From Candidatus Jordarchaeales archaeon (lineage in GTDB: Archaea; Asgardarchaeota; Jordiarchaeia; Jordiarchaeales; Freyrarchaeaceae): DNA of 32,000 nt. Below, piece by piece: positions 17,049 to 27,163 of this stretch. Position numbers and translations under genes: made by a program. The stretch lies in NCBI GenBank assembly GCA_038858525.1, contig JAWCFL010000001.1, positions 30,001 to 62,000 on the forward strand. The letters are read 5' to 3'. The notes below the pieces were generated by a model that worked only from the letters and a program-made list of their open reading frames with translations, did no database searches and was not told where the DNA came from. Positions within the stretch are counted from its first letter, which is position 1, and each line of letters opens with the position of its first letter.

Positions 17049-19112
17049 TCACTTGGCTCCTTGGCATTTTTGCCAGTTCACACATAGTTCTTGGGGGCGC
17101 CGTCTAGGTCTCCTGACGAGGAGCGTTGGAAAACCGCAGTTGGGACAGGTTTTACCTGTCGGTTCAAGTATCCCTGCTTGAGGGAGAGGGGCGCTAAAAT
17201 TGCATGTGCCACTCCAGTAGTTTAAGCAACCTACAAAGCGTTTCCTGCTCTTTCTAGATCTAATTATTTTTAGCTCCCCTCCACACAGGGGGCACTTACC
17301 GAGGGAGAATTGTTTCTGCTGAATCTTGAAAAGAGCTTCACGAAGTGCTTCTCCTATCTCTTTTTCCTTACGCTTGAAGTCTTCAAGTATTGGAGTCAGT
17401 TTTTCTATCGCGTCTACTATCACTTCCTGCCTCGTCTTTTTCTGTGACTCTATTTGGTTCATTGCTTCTTCAAGCTCGCGCGTTAAATCCACAGAGAGAA
17501 CCCTTGGACAATAAGCTGACAAGACGTTTATTACGGAGAGGCCGAGGTCTGTTATCTCGATTTGTCTTCCTGTTATGTAACGCCTCTCGTAGAGTGTTTC
17601 TATTATGTCTGCTCGAGTTGCCTTTGTCCCTATCTGGTTTGCCTCCATCAGCTTCAAGAGGCTATTAGGATTATACCTTGGAGGCGGCGCAGTGTACTTC
17701 TCCTCCAAGTTAACGTTAACTATCTTGACTTGTTCTCCTTCTCTTACTGGTGGGATCTCTATTTCTTCTGTTCTGACATATGGCTCGTAGGCTTCTTGCC
17801 AGCCAGCAACTTTTGTCTTCATTCCTCTTAGGTGAAAAATGTGGGAGGACACTGCGATCGTGACCTTTATGCTTTCCCGGATGGAGGGAGGACCAAATAC
17901 CGCGAGAAAACGTCGTACTATCAAGTCGAATAATTTTTCTTCTTCGGGTGAAAGTTTTTCTTCAGGCAACGTCCCTGTCGGATGTATTGGCGGGTGAGCT
18001 GGATCTTCTTTTTTACCTTCAGTGGGAGACAATTTTCCTCTCGAGAGAATACATTCAACGATGCGCGTATATCTCTCGTGCTCTCTTAATTGTCTTAAGA
18101 TGGATAACAAGTCTATGGAGGGGGGGAATTTTTGGCTTCCTGTTCTGGGATAAGAGATTAGAGCTGCTAGGTATAATCTTTCGGCTATCGCCATTGTTCT
18201 GCTGGGGGTGTAACCAAAGAGAGAATAGGCCTCCGACTGGAGGCTACTAATGTCAAATGGAGGAGGGGGGCTGAGCGTTCTTTCAGATGAGGAAACATCA
18301 GTAATTATTCCCACTTGGCCACTGCATTCTTCGACAACTTTTTCGGCCTCGCTTTTTGTTAGTATTTTTCCTTTCTCATATTGGAGGACATATAAGCCGC
18401 CATTTATTTCTGCCTGGGCTGAAATTGTCCAGTAAGGTTTTGGTACAAAACTTTTTATCTCTCGCTCTCTCCTCGCTATGAAGGAAAGAGTTGGACCTTG
18501 AACTCGGCCGGTACTTAGGGTATGATATTTCCCGGCGACGTTCTTTAGGGAAGTCATCAACGCCCTAGAGAGGTTTATGCCGTATATCCAGTCTATCTCA
18601 TGTCTTGCTCTGCCAGCCTCGATAAGTCCCCAATCGAGGGTTTGTGAAAGAGAGTAATATGCGTTGACAAGTTCATCTTTCGTTAAAGCTGAAAATTTCA
18701 TTCTTTTTGCTTTCGAGAGACTTTCTGTTCCGCACGCGTATTTAAGTATATTATAGGCGATTTGGCTGCCTTCTATATCGAAGTCGGTAGCAGAAATGAA
18801 TGAGTCGGCGTCTTTCGCGAGTTTCGATATAAGATCTATAAAGTGCTTAGTGTTCGAGGCACGCTTATTGACACGATAAGTAGCAACCCATTCCACGTTG
18901 AACACCGGGTAGGTCCAACCGCCACCTTTCTGGCTAACTGAGAACAGATGCCCTATAGCAGGTACTATTACTAGTTTTGTTTTGTCTCTAGTTGCTTTGT
19001 AGTAACGAACTCCGTTTTCCTCGTAAACCTCTGGCTTGCCATTCTCGTCAAGTGCCTTTGCAATACGCTCGGCAGCACTAGGTTTTTCGGCGATAATTAA
19101 GGTGTAACTCAC
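17049..19112 (-). CDS. topA: DNA topoisomerase IA with C-terminal Zn ribbons
   Basis: 687 aa; TOPRIM IAEKPS, ATDFDIEG, STGRVQGPTL, active-site ISYPRT, GTKATRADII, C-terminal CPLC..FVGCLNY..C and CPNC..C. Confidence 0.96.
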   Translation of the reverse strand: MSYTLIIAEKPSAAERIAKALDENGKPEVYEENGVRYYKATRDKTKLVIVPAIGHLFSVSQKGGGWTYPVFNVEWVATYRVNKRASNTKHFIDLISKLAKDADSFISATDFDIEGSQIAYNILKYACGTESLSKAKRMKFSALTKDELVNAYYSLSQTLDWGLIEAGRARHEIDWIYGINLSRALMTSLKNVAGKYHTLSTGRVQGPTLSFIARREREIKSFVPKPYWTISAQAEINGGLYVLQYEKGKILTKSEAEKVVEECSGQVGIITDVSSSERTLSPPPPFDISSLQSEAYSLFGYTPSRTMAIAERLYLAALISYPRTGSQKFPPSIDLLSILRQLREHERYTRIVECILSRGKLSPTEGKKEDPAHPPIHPTGTLPEEKLSPEEEKLFDLIVRRFLAVFGPPSIRESIKVTIAVSSHIFHLRGMKTKVAGWQEAYEPYVRTEEIEIPPVREGEQVKIVNVNLEEKYTAPPPRYNPNSLLKLMEANQIGTKATRADIIETLYERRYITGRQIEITDLGLSVINVLSAYCPRVLSVDLTRELEEAMNQIESQKKTRQEVIVDAIEKLTPILEDFKRKEKEIGEALREALFKIQQKQFSLGKCPLCGGELKIIRSRKSRKRFVGCLNYWSGTCNFSAPLPQAGILEPTGKTCPNCGFPTLLVRRPRRRPQELCVNWQKCQGAK

Positions 19113-19193
19113 ATAAGCGCCTCCCGGTGTAGTTAAATATACTAAGAAGATGGGGATATTGGGAAATAATAATTTTTTATCTTTTGCGTTTTA

Positions 19194-21623
19194 TCAAGCT
19201 TTTCTTGTAAGCGTGACTTTGGTAAGCGATGAAGAAAGTTGCCTTGCTTCAAGTTTTAATGGTAACTGATCGAGCACGCCTAGATGAGTTGTTATAACTT
19301 TGCTTCCGAAAAGCTTTTCGAGCTCTAACGCCAACTTAGCATCACGCTCATCGAGAAAAACTACTATCACAACGCCATGCTTCTCAACTGCTTTCTCGAG
19401 TTGCTGTGATAATTTTTTAATCTCTTTTTCTGTCTTGGTAAGCGCTAGTTTGAATGGATGGCCATTTATGAAGCCATCTAGTCCCAGCTTCGGATCTCTA
19501 AATTGAACCAACAGTAAGCCTGTTTCGCTGCATATTTTTTCGATTAAGTCGTAGGCATATGAGGAGACTACTTCATTTATTCCTCTTGTTTCGAGGAAGA
19601 AAACGGGGAGACGCTTTCCGCCGGGCATAGGGAGATAAGCACAATTGACGTGTGGTTTGGTCTTTCTTACTCTTCTTAGCGTTTCCCAAACGTCTTCTTT
19701 CGAAGCACCTGATGCTTGCGATATAAGTTTTTCCGTAACATAGGTAGAGTTTTCTAGCAGATGAAGGACTTTTGCCTCGAGCTCGGAGACAGGGTAACTG
19801 GAATTAATGGAAGTATCTCCTTGAGTGGAAGTATCTCCTTGCAATTGGAGATGAAAAATTAGTGGAGGACAATCGCTCCTTAAGAAAGAGAATGTCCTGT
19901 CATCTTGCTTAATGCTTTCAGTTTCCATTATAATAGATTTAAAGCGCTGAGAGTGATGAGGAGTGAGACTAGAAGCATTAAAGTTAAATGTTGAAAAAAG
20001 GAGAATAGGAGTCTTAGAAGCGTTGTCTGTAATGCCACATTCTAGTAGGTTAATAATAATTGATGGCGATGCAATTACTAGGATAGCATATTCATTTTTA
20101 GGACATAGATCAATGATTATGGAAGTTAAAAACTCGAGCGTGGTTAATGTAAGTCTAGATGATTGCTTGCTTAAGTCAAGGAAAATCTTTGGAGCGGGGA
20201 ATAGTTCTACCAATGTCGGATGATTTTCCTCAAAGAACTCGGTTAAAACACCACGCTTTATATCTGAAAGAAACTCTTTTGTTCTTTCCTCTTGACAAGT
20301 TTCATCTGACATTATGCGAGTTGCTTCAAGCAGAAATGAGACGATGCGTTCATGACTCGTTGTTCTTATAAGCTCTCGGATCATGCTACTTTCCGTAGCT
20401 GGAAAATTAAGCACTTTGGCTAGCAGGTTTACAAGTCTCGCAAGGTACTCGTGGAGAGGCATATTAGAGGAAGGGACAAGGGATATCGAGGTAAAACCGT
20501 TTTTCTCAGATAGGGCCAGCCCACCCATCGCATCCCTCAACTGAAACGTAATTCCCTGAAAATCAAGAATTAGCCATTTGTATGGTAGATGAAAAGCCAA
20601 ATTTTTGATGAGCAAAGCGAGTGAACTAGGTTGCCTTACTAAGAGCAAGGCAGGGTTAAGGAGGTTTTCGTCTATTTTAAAGTCAAGCACATGGTTTTTA
20701 ATAAGCAACTTTCCCAAAGTGACCGAGTGACTGATAGACGGAGGTGGTTCTGGAACACAAATGTGTTCTAGGAAATCACGAAGCATGTCAATGTCGCCTA
20801 AAAGAGGGGGAGAACTTGAAACGTAAAAACGGCAGGTAATCTTGAGCAAGTTCTTTAGAACCATTCTACTCTTCATGAGGGAAACACGGTATATAGGGTA
20901 CATGAAGGCTTTAATTTCTTCCACCGCTTCACTTAAAGAAGATAGACTTCTGCTTAAAAGAACTACGTAGGGCGATAGCTTAACGTTAAACGAACCACTC
21001 GCCGCATCCTCACGGGTTTTGCTAAGTTTAGAGGTGGAATTACTTATAGGTTTCATTGGTAAAATTAAATGAATGATTATATCGAATTTTTTCGATGCTT
21101 TTCTTAGCTCTTCGAGCAACTCGCTTATCCGTTGAGAAGAAATAGAGGAAAAAGTCATCACAGAAAGAAAGAACGGGGAGCCTGCATTTTCCAAACGCAA
21201 AACATTTTCTCTACCAATTAGAGAAGCTTTCTTAAACGTTTTATCCCCCAGAATTGAGAAAAACATCTCACTTAAATCAGTATTCGGCTCAACCTGTGTG
21301 AAACCTAACGAGTGAAGAAGAGTAGTTGAGGAACAGTAAAGGTATATGAGCCTGCGTTCTTTTTCCTTGGATATTGCTAATTCAAGTGAGGCCTCTAAGC
21401 CGCGCATCTTGATAACATTTTCTAATTGTTCTAATTGACTAGGAGAATTGAGGGGCAAAATAACACCGGCCTTAAAGAGCCTACGCTTTCTCATAAGCCA
21501 GATCTCGCTTTTTTTCACAACGAGTTTGAAGTGATTCCTAGTAAAATAAAAGTAAATAGCGAACAGTAACAGAAAAAAGAAAAGCAAAGTTAAAGTTCTG
21601 AGCGAAAGCAAACAGTTCACCAC
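19194..21623 (-). CDS. Large membrane-anchored hypothetical protein; possible degenerate HerA/VirB4-like fold plus C-terminal winged helix and nuclease-like domain
   Basis: 809-aa open frame; N-terminal TM (LTLLFFFLLLFAIYFYF); TLGK..LDFKIDENLLNPALLL..WLILDFQG echoes the HerA-type pattern but there is no Walker A/B. Domain calls are weak. Confidence 0.55.
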   Translation of the reverse strand: MVNCLLSLRTLTLLFFFLLLFAIYFYFTRNHFKLVVKKSEIWLMRKRRLFKAGVILPLNSPSQLEQLENVIKMRGLEASLELAISKEKERRLIYLYCSSTTLLHSLGFTQVEPNTDLSEMFFSILGDKTFKKASLIGRENVLRLENAGSPFFLSVMTFSSISSQRISELLEELRKASKKFDIIIHLILPMKPISNSTSKLSKTREDAASGSFNVKLSPYVVLLSRSLSSLSEAVEEIKAFMYPIYRVSLMKSRMVLKNLLKITCRFYVSSSPPLLGDIDMLRDFLEHICVPEPPPSISHSVTLGKLLIKNHVLDFKIDENLLNPALLLVRQPSSLALLIKNLAFHLPYKWLILDFQGITFQLRDAMGGLALSEKNGFTSISLVPSSNMPLHEYLARLVNLLAKVLNFPATESSMIRELIRTTSHERIVSFLLEATRIMSDETCQEERTKEFLSDIKRGVLTEFFEENHPTLVELFPAPKIFLDLSKQSSRLTLTTLEFLTSIIIDLCPKNEYAILVIASPSIIINLLECGITDNASKTPILLFSTFNFNASSLTPHHSQRFKSIIMETESIKQDDRTFSFLRSDCPPLIFHLQLQGDTSTQGDTSINSSYPVSELEAKVLHLLENSTYVTEKLISQASGASKEDVWETLRRVRKTKPHVNCAYLPMPGGKRLPVFFLETRGINEVVSSYAYDLIEKICSETGLLLVQFRDPKLGLDGFINGHPFKLALTKTEKEIKKLSQQLEKAVEKHGVVIVVFLDERDAKLALELEKLFGSKVITTHLGVLDQLPLKLEARQLSSSLTKVTLTRKA
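19808..19841. repeat. Tandem duplication, 16-bp unit at 18-bp period (QGDTST QGDTSI)
   Basis: TGGAAGTATCTCCTTG at 19808-19823 and 19826-19841. Confidence 0.9.
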
Positions 21624-21724
21624 TTTGATCTTTTCTTCTCTTTCTTACTTTCTTAAATTCAAAAAGTGATTTAAACCGCAATGTTCTGAATCAAATTAAA
21701 CTAACTCTGGAAGGGTGTCGAAGT

Positions 21725-22960
21725 TTGAGGGAAGCTGAAGTTGAGCTCAGAGGACACATAATAGACTCGTTAATTTTACCAAGGGTTTTCGCGGCGATAT
21801 ATGACTTAGATGGGGAGTTCGAAATTTTAGAGTTCAGTATAGGGAAAACAAAGAGCGAGCATTCATACGCTAAGATCCTTATAAAAGGAAAAAATGAGGA
21901 GCATCTTAAGGTTCTTTTAAAAGAAATCCAAAAAATGGGCGCGGTCATCGTAGAAGAAATAGAAGGAGTTAAGCTAGCGCCCGCCCCAGCTGATGGCGTT
22001 TTACCCGACAATTTTTACTCGACAACCAACCATCCAACTTATATTCGCCTTGACGGAAAGTGGGTTGAATGCGAAAACATCGAAATGGACAAGGTTATAG
22101 TTGTGAAAAACGGATTACCTATTTGCGTTCCCTTAAGAAAAGTTAAGAAAGGAGACCTTGTGGTCCTCAACGAGTCAGGAATAAAGGTTGTCCCCCCTGA
22201 AAGATCTAGAAAAAGAGAGATTTTTGAGTTCATGAGAAGCGAGGTCTCCCCAGAAAAACCAACGACGTCCCTTGTTAAAATGCTAGCAAAGGAAATGTAC
22301 CACATGAAGAGAAAAAATGAAAAAATAGTTGTGGTGGCCGGCCCAGCAGTAGTTCATTCCGGCGCGTCAGAAGCGTTGGCTGAACTTATAAGAAGAGGCT
22401 ACGTCGACGTGTTGCTTTCAGGTAACGCAATGGCTGTTCACGACATCGAAAGAAGCCTATATGGCACGTCTTTAGGGATGAATCTTGAAACACTCGAAAG
22501 CTATGAGGGAGGACACAGACACCACTTGATGGCGATAAATGAAGTTAGAAAACACGGCTCAATAAAAAAACTAGTGGAAGCGGGAGTTCTGAGAAAGGGC
22601 ATAATGTACGAGTGCGTCATAAATCAGGTGCCCTTCGTTCTTGCAGGTTCCATTCGTGATGATGGCCCCCTTCCAGAAGTCATAACAGACGTGCTCGAAG
22701 CACAAGACGCCATGCGTGACCATTTGAGGGGAGCAAAGCTCGTTTTGATGCTCGCTACAATGCTCCACTCCATAGCTGTAGGAAACATGCTACCTTCAAC
22801 CGTTAAAATAGTGTGTGTAGACATAAATCCTAGCGCAGTAACGAAACTAACAGACAGGGGAACATACGCCTTGGGTATAGTGAGCGATGTAGGCGCCTTC
22901 CTTCCACAGCTTGTTCAAGAATTGAAAAACATCGAAAGAGAAGCAGAACGGATGCCGTAG
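21725..22960 (+). CDS. TIGR00300 / LOR-SDH family protein (ornithine cyclodeaminase-like, deoxyhypusine-synthase-like NAD fold)
   Basis: 411 aa, TTG start; LRGHIIDS, APADGVLPDNFYSTTNHPT, VAGPAVVHSG, GNAMAVHDIE, LAGSIRDDGPLP, MLHSIAVGNM, KLTDRG. Confidence 0.85.
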   Translation: MREAEVELRGHIIDSLILPRVFAAIYDLDGEFEILEFSIGKTKSEHSYAKILIKGKNEEHLKVLLKEIQKMGAVIVEEIEGVKLAPAPADGVLPDNFYSTTNHPTYIRLDGKWVECENIEMDKVIVVKNGLPICVPLRKVKKGDLVVLNESGIKVVPPERSRKREIFEFMRSEVSPEKPTTSLVKMLAKEMYHMKRKNEKIVVVAGPAVVHSGASEALAELIRRGYVDVLLSGNAMAVHDIERSLYGTSLGMNLETLESYEGGHRHHLMAINEVRKHGSIKKLVEAGVLRKGIMYECVINQVPFVLAGSIRDDGPLPEVITDVLEAQDAMRDHLRGAKLVLMLATMLHSIAVGNMLPSTVKIVCVDINPSAVTKLTDRGTYALGIVSDVGAFLPQLVQELKNIEREAERMP

Positions 22961-23019
22961 ACGAAAAAGTTTACAAATAAAAAGAGGAGGTTTAAGTAAA
23001 AGATACGGGAGGGCGACTC

Positions 23020-24561
23020 TTGGAGTATTTAGTAGCGATAGATGCCGGAACAATAGGTTGCAGAACCATAATATTTGATGAAGAAGGAAGGGAGATCAGC
23101 AGAGCATATGAAGAGTACCCGAGCATATACCCTCACCCCACATGGGTTGAGCAAAGAGCGGACGACTGGTGGAGAGCAGCCTGTAACACTCTGAAAAGAT
23201 CACTTTCTCAAGCCAAGGTAAAAACTGACAGAGTGGCAGGGGTGAGCGTGACAAATCAGAGGGAAACCATAGTTCCAGTCAACGAAAATGGAACGCCATT
23301 AAGGAACGCTATAGTATGGCAGGACCGTAGAACGGTTAATGAGTGCGCAACAATAAAGGAAATAGTTGGAAGCGAGAAGATATATGAGATAGCCGGACTA
23401 ACTATAGACCCCTACTTCTCAGCTCCGAAAATTCTTTGGATAAAGAAAAATGAAGAAGAGATTTTCGAGAGGACCTACAAGTTCATGCTCGTCCATGACT
23501 ATCTACTGATGAAGTTAACAGGAGAGTTTGTAACTGATTGGTCTAACGCCTCAAGAACCATGCTTTTCGACATGAGAAATTTCGAGTGGTCTAAAGCAAT
23601 CTGTGACGCTCTAGAAATACCTTTAGAGAAGCTTCCAAGAGCGGAGCCACCCGCAAAGAAAATAGGGGAAATAACTAGGGAAGCCAGTGAAGCGACAGGA
23701 CTAGAGCCAGGAACACCCGTCATAACCGGAGGAGGAGACCAACAATGTGGTGCTGTAGGTATAGGAGTTGTTAGGGAGGGAAGGATAAAGGCTACAACAG
23801 GAACGGGAACCTTCATTCTTGCCTACTCTAACAAGCCCATGTGGGATAAAAACATGAGAGTGCTTTGTAGCTGCCATGCGGATCCAGGTAAATGGGTTAT
23901 CGAGGCAAGCATTTTTACGACAGGATCAGTATACAGATGGTTTAGAGACCAGTTAGGACACACAGAGAAAGCTTTAGCAGAGATACTAGGAGAGGACCCA
24001 TATAACATACTTAACAGGGAGGCTGAGGCTGCGCCGCCTGGCTCCGGCGGAATTCTCGTTTTGCCTCACTTCGTAGGGGCTGGAGCCCCATACTGGAATC
24101 CAAATTCTCGAGGAGTAATATTCGGACTAGCATTGGGACACACTAGGAAGCACTTGATAAGAGCGCTAATGGAAGGAGTATGTTTCGAGATAAGAAAAAA
24201 CATCGAAGTAATAAAACAGATGGGAATTACCGTTGACGAAATGCGAATCACTGGGGGAGCGACACGAAGCCAACTCTGGAACCAGATCCAAGCAGACGTC
24301 TACAACTTACCAGTCGTAATAGGAGCAGTTGAGGAAGCCACAGCGCTCGGCGCGGCGATACTAGCTGGAGTGGGGTCAGGCGTATACAAGTCCGTTTCGG
24401 ATGCAGCTGAAAAAGTAGTCCAGATAAAAGAAAGGAGAAATCCTGACCCTGCAAAGCGGAAAATGTACGATAAGCTTTACAGGTTACATTTAGAGCTATA
24501 TGATGCGCTAAACGAAAGAGGCCTCTTTGCGAAGCTGGCAGAGATAACAGAGCTAATATGA
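23020..24561 (+). CDS. glpK: Glycerol kinase (FGGY family)
   Basis: 513 aa; IDAGT, TNQRET, VWQDRRT, DPYFS, NASRTMLFD, GDQQ, GTGTF, GAPYW; GlpK glycerol-contact residues are retained; first gene before glpABC. Confidence 0.82.
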   Translation: MEYLVAIDAGTIGCRTIIFDEEGREISRAYEEYPSIYPHPTWVEQRADDWWRAACNTLKRSLSQAKVKTDRVAGVSVTNQRETIVPVNENGTPLRNAIVWQDRRTVNECATIKEIVGSEKIYEIAGLTIDPYFSAPKILWIKKNEEEIFERTYKFMLVHDYLLMKLTGEFVTDWSNASRTMLFDMRNFEWSKAICDALEIPLEKLPRAEPPAKKIGEITREASEATGLEPGTPVITGGGDQQCGAVGIGVVREGRIKATTGTGTFILAYSNKPMWDKNMRVLCSCHADPGKWVIEASIFTTGSVYRWFRDQLGHTEKALAEILGEDPYNILNREAEAAPPGSGGILVLPHFVGAGAPYWNPNSRGVIFGLALGHTRKHLIRALMEGVCFEIRKNIEVIKQMGITVDEMRITGGATRSQLWNQIQADVYNLPVVIGAVEEATALGAAILAGVGSGVYKSVSDAAEKVVQIKERRNPDPAKRKMYDKLYRLHLELYDALNERGLFAKLAEITELI

Positions 24562-24575
24562 AGAGTTGATGCAGG

Positions 24576-26069
24576 TTGAGGGTGGATGTGGCAGTAATAG
24601 GGGGAGGAGTTACTGGTCTAGGTGTTGCGAGAGACCTAGCTCAGCGGGGAGTAACGGTAGCTCTTTTCGAGAAGGGAGATCTAGCTTCAGGAACTAGTGG
24701 AAGGTCCCATGGGTTACTACATAGCGGAGCAAGGTATGCAGTGAAGGACCCAGTGTCAGCTAGCGAATGCGCGCAAGAAAACAGGATCCTGAAAAAGATA
24801 GCGTCCCATGTGATAGAAGACACGGGGGGAATGTTTGTAGCTGTTGAGGAAAGTGACTTAGAGTATGAAAGGGTATTCCTAGATGGGTGCAAAAAATCAG
24901 GGGTAAGAGTGGAGGAGCTCAGCATTAAGGAGAGCCTTAGCAGGGAGCCGTACTTAAACCCAAACGTAGTTGCGACTTATCTAGTAGATGACGCAGCAAT
25001 AGATCCCTTCAGGCTTGCGCTTGCAAACTTCCTTGACGCTAAAAGCAACAACGCTCAGATATTCACTTATACTCCAGTTAGACTTCTTGTTGAGCAAGGA
25101 GAGGTTACTGGTGTAAGACTGATTAAAAGCGGAGAAAACGTTCATGCGGACATTGTAGTTAACGCCACGGGTGCTTGGGCTGGAGAAGTGTGCAGGCAAG
25201 CTGGCATTAAACTCGAAGTCAAACCCAATAAAGGAACGCTTGTCGTCGTAAGTAAGAGAATAGTGAATACCGTTCTAAACAGGCTAAGGCCGCCCTCGGA
25301 TGGAGACATATTAGTGCCGCATCAGACAACTATGATTCTCGGAACAACTTCGACATACGTTAGAACCCCAGACAACCTTTTACCAACAAGGAAGGAAATA
25401 AAGCTAATTGTAATGGAGGAGGAGAAGCTTGTTCCGCTAGTTCGGCGGCTTCGGGTAATTAGAGCATTCTCGGGTGCACGCCCCCTCCTTGAAGGGGGAT
25501 CAGGAAGGGAAGCTGCGAGAACATTCCTAGTTATAGACCATGATGAGAGCGGCGTGAAAGGGTTGATCACGGTCACAGGGGGAAAACTTACAACATATAG
25601 ACTTATGGCTGAGAAAACCGCAGATTTAGTTTGCGCGAAGCTTGGAGTAAGAGCACCTTGCAGTACCGACAAGGAAGAGCTGCCGGAAGTGCCTGTGAAA
25701 AGCACGCTCGAACGTTACGAAGCACTAGAAGGGGAGCTTAGAGACGGAAAAGAAGTTGTTTGTGAGTGTGAAATGGTGACGCGCAGTGAAGTTGAGAAGG
25801 CATTCAATGTTCTGGCAGCTAGGACGCTGGGGGACGTTAAGAGGAGAACTAGGATGGGTATGGGGGAGTGCCAAGCGCAAATGTGCGCTTATAGAGTGGC
25901 TGATCTTATGGCGGAGTCGTTTGGATTCGGGGCTGATGAAGCTTTGAATATGTTGAGTGATTTCTTAAGGGAACAGTGGAAGATCAGTAGAGTTTTAGAG
26001 GGAAGCCAAAAGGCGCAAACAGAGTTTTTCAAAACAATGTATAGGTTGGCGGGTAGCCTTGACGGGTAA
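24576..26069 (+). CDS. glpA: Anaerobic glycerol-3-phosphate dehydrogenase subunit A
   Basis: 497 aa; FAD motif VIGGGVTG, GTSGRSHGLLHSGARYAV, RPPSDGDILVP, GGKLTTYRLMAE, C-terminal BFD-like VCECE..RTRMGMGECQ..C. Confidence 0.93.
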   Translation: MRVDVAVIGGGVTGLGVARDLAQRGVTVALFEKGDLASGTSGRSHGLLHSGARYAVKDPVSASECAQENRILKKIASHVIEDTGGMFVAVEESDLEYERVFLDGCKKSGVRVEELSIKESLSREPYLNPNVVATYLVDDAAIDPFRLALANFLDAKSNNAQIFTYTPVRLLVEQGEVTGVRLIKSGENVHADIVVNATGAWAGEVCRQAGIKLEVKPNKGTLVVVSKRIVNTVLNRLRPPSDGDILVPHQTTMILGTTSTYVRTPDNLLPTRKEIKLIVMEEEKLVPLVRRLRVIRAFSGARPLLEGGSGREAARTFLVIDHDESGVKGLITVTGGKLTTYRLMAEKTADLVCAKLGVRAPCSTDKEELPEVPVKSTLERYEALEGELRDGKEVVCECEMVTRSEVEKAFNVLAARTLGDVKRRTRMGMGECQAQMCAYRVADLMAESFGFGADEALNMLSDFLREQWKISRVLEGSQKAQTEFFKTMYRLAGSLDG

Positions 26070-27162
26070 AGTTGATGTATTGATCGTAGGAGCCGGCGTA
26101 GCGGGTTTGACCGCCGCGGAAATAATAGGTGAGGGCGGGTTTCAGGTTCTTGTTTTAGCATCCGGTTACGGTTGCAGCCAAGCGTCTTCTGGAACTATAG
26201 ACGTACTGGGGCGATACAAGGGTGAAAACGTCTTAGACGTTGAAGCTGCACTCGAGAAGTTCGTGGAGGAGAAACCGTGGCACATTTACGCTTTGGCGGG
26301 AAAGAAAACGGTTCTAAACGCACTATCTGATTTTCAATTTAGAAGCGGGGGACTTTATGCCGGAGGGGGAGGGCGGAACATGAAAATAATCACTCCGCTG
26401 GGAACTGTTAAGAGCACCTACCTCGTTCAGTTCACTATGCTCAATGCTTCTTTTGAATCACTCGCAGAGAGCAAGGTTATGCTGGTGGCTTTGCCAGGAT
26501 TGACAGGCTATGCTCCCCACATAATAGCGGGAAAAATGAGGAATAAAGGGATTGACGTGAAAATGACAAAATTGGACTTATTTGCCACAAGCCCCTTTCA
26601 GCTGGCGAGTAGTGTTGAATCTAACCCGGAAGTCTTAATTGAGAAGCTGAGAGAAGTAGGTGCAGGAGATCATGATTGGGTGGTTTTTCCACCGATTTTA
26701 GGACTCAGAAACGTAAAGGAAACATGGCAGGTAGTCGAGGAAAAACTGGGAACACGTGTAGTTGAGCTTCCATCTCTTCCACCCTCAGTTCCGGGAAAAA
26801 GATTATACTTCTTGCTAAGAAGACGGTGTGAAAAGGCGGGCGTCAGCGTGGTGCTTGGAAAAATAGTAAAAGGAATTAAGCTTATGGGTGGTAAAGTAAC
26901 GAGGGTCTTAACGAATGAAGGCAGCTATGTTCCCTCCGCTCTAATTCTATCAACAGGCTGGATGTTAGACCATGTTTTAAGGATCAGAGGAATGCCTCGG
27001 AGAGGCAAGAACGAGTACGGTATTAAGGTTGAAGGTGTGGAAAACCTTTTCTTTGCGCGAACCCTAGTCTCTCACGAGGAAAAAATAGGTCTAGGCGCCG
27101 CTATCACTGCAGGCTGGTTAGTGGGAAAGGCGGCGCTGGACTATTTAAGAGGGAGAAAGTAA
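26059..27162 (+). CDS. glpB: Anaerobic glycerol-3-phosphate dehydrogenase subunit B
   Basis: 367 aa; IVGAGVAG, SSGTIDVLG, ITPLGTVKST, ELPSLPPSVPGKRL; overlaps the glpA stop. Confidence 0.85.
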   Translation: MTGKVDVLIVGAGVAGLTAAEIIGEGGFQVLVLASGYGCSQASSGTIDVLGRYKGENVLDVEAALEKFVEEKPWHIYALAGKKTVLNALSDFQFRSGGLYAGGGGRNMKIITPLGTVKSTYLVQFTMLNASFESLAESKVMLVALPGLTGYAPHIIAGKMRNKGIDVKMTKLDLFATSPFQLASSVESNPEVLIEKLREVGAGDHDWVVFPPILGLRNVKETWQVVEEKLGTRVVELPSLPPSVPGKRLYFLLRRRCEKAGVSVVLGKIVKGIKLMGGKVTRVLTNEGSYVPSALILSTGWMLDHVLRIRGMPRRGKNEYGIKVEGVENLFFARTLVSHEEKIGLGAAITAGWLVGKAALDYLRGRK

Positions 27163-27163
27163 T

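Noticed and set aside
2188-19112. Inteins in Cdc6, RtcB, PpsA, AtpB or TopA
   Set aside because: All have normal lengths and continuous motifs; no C/S...HN-C/S/T splice junctions or LAGLIDADG blocks seen.
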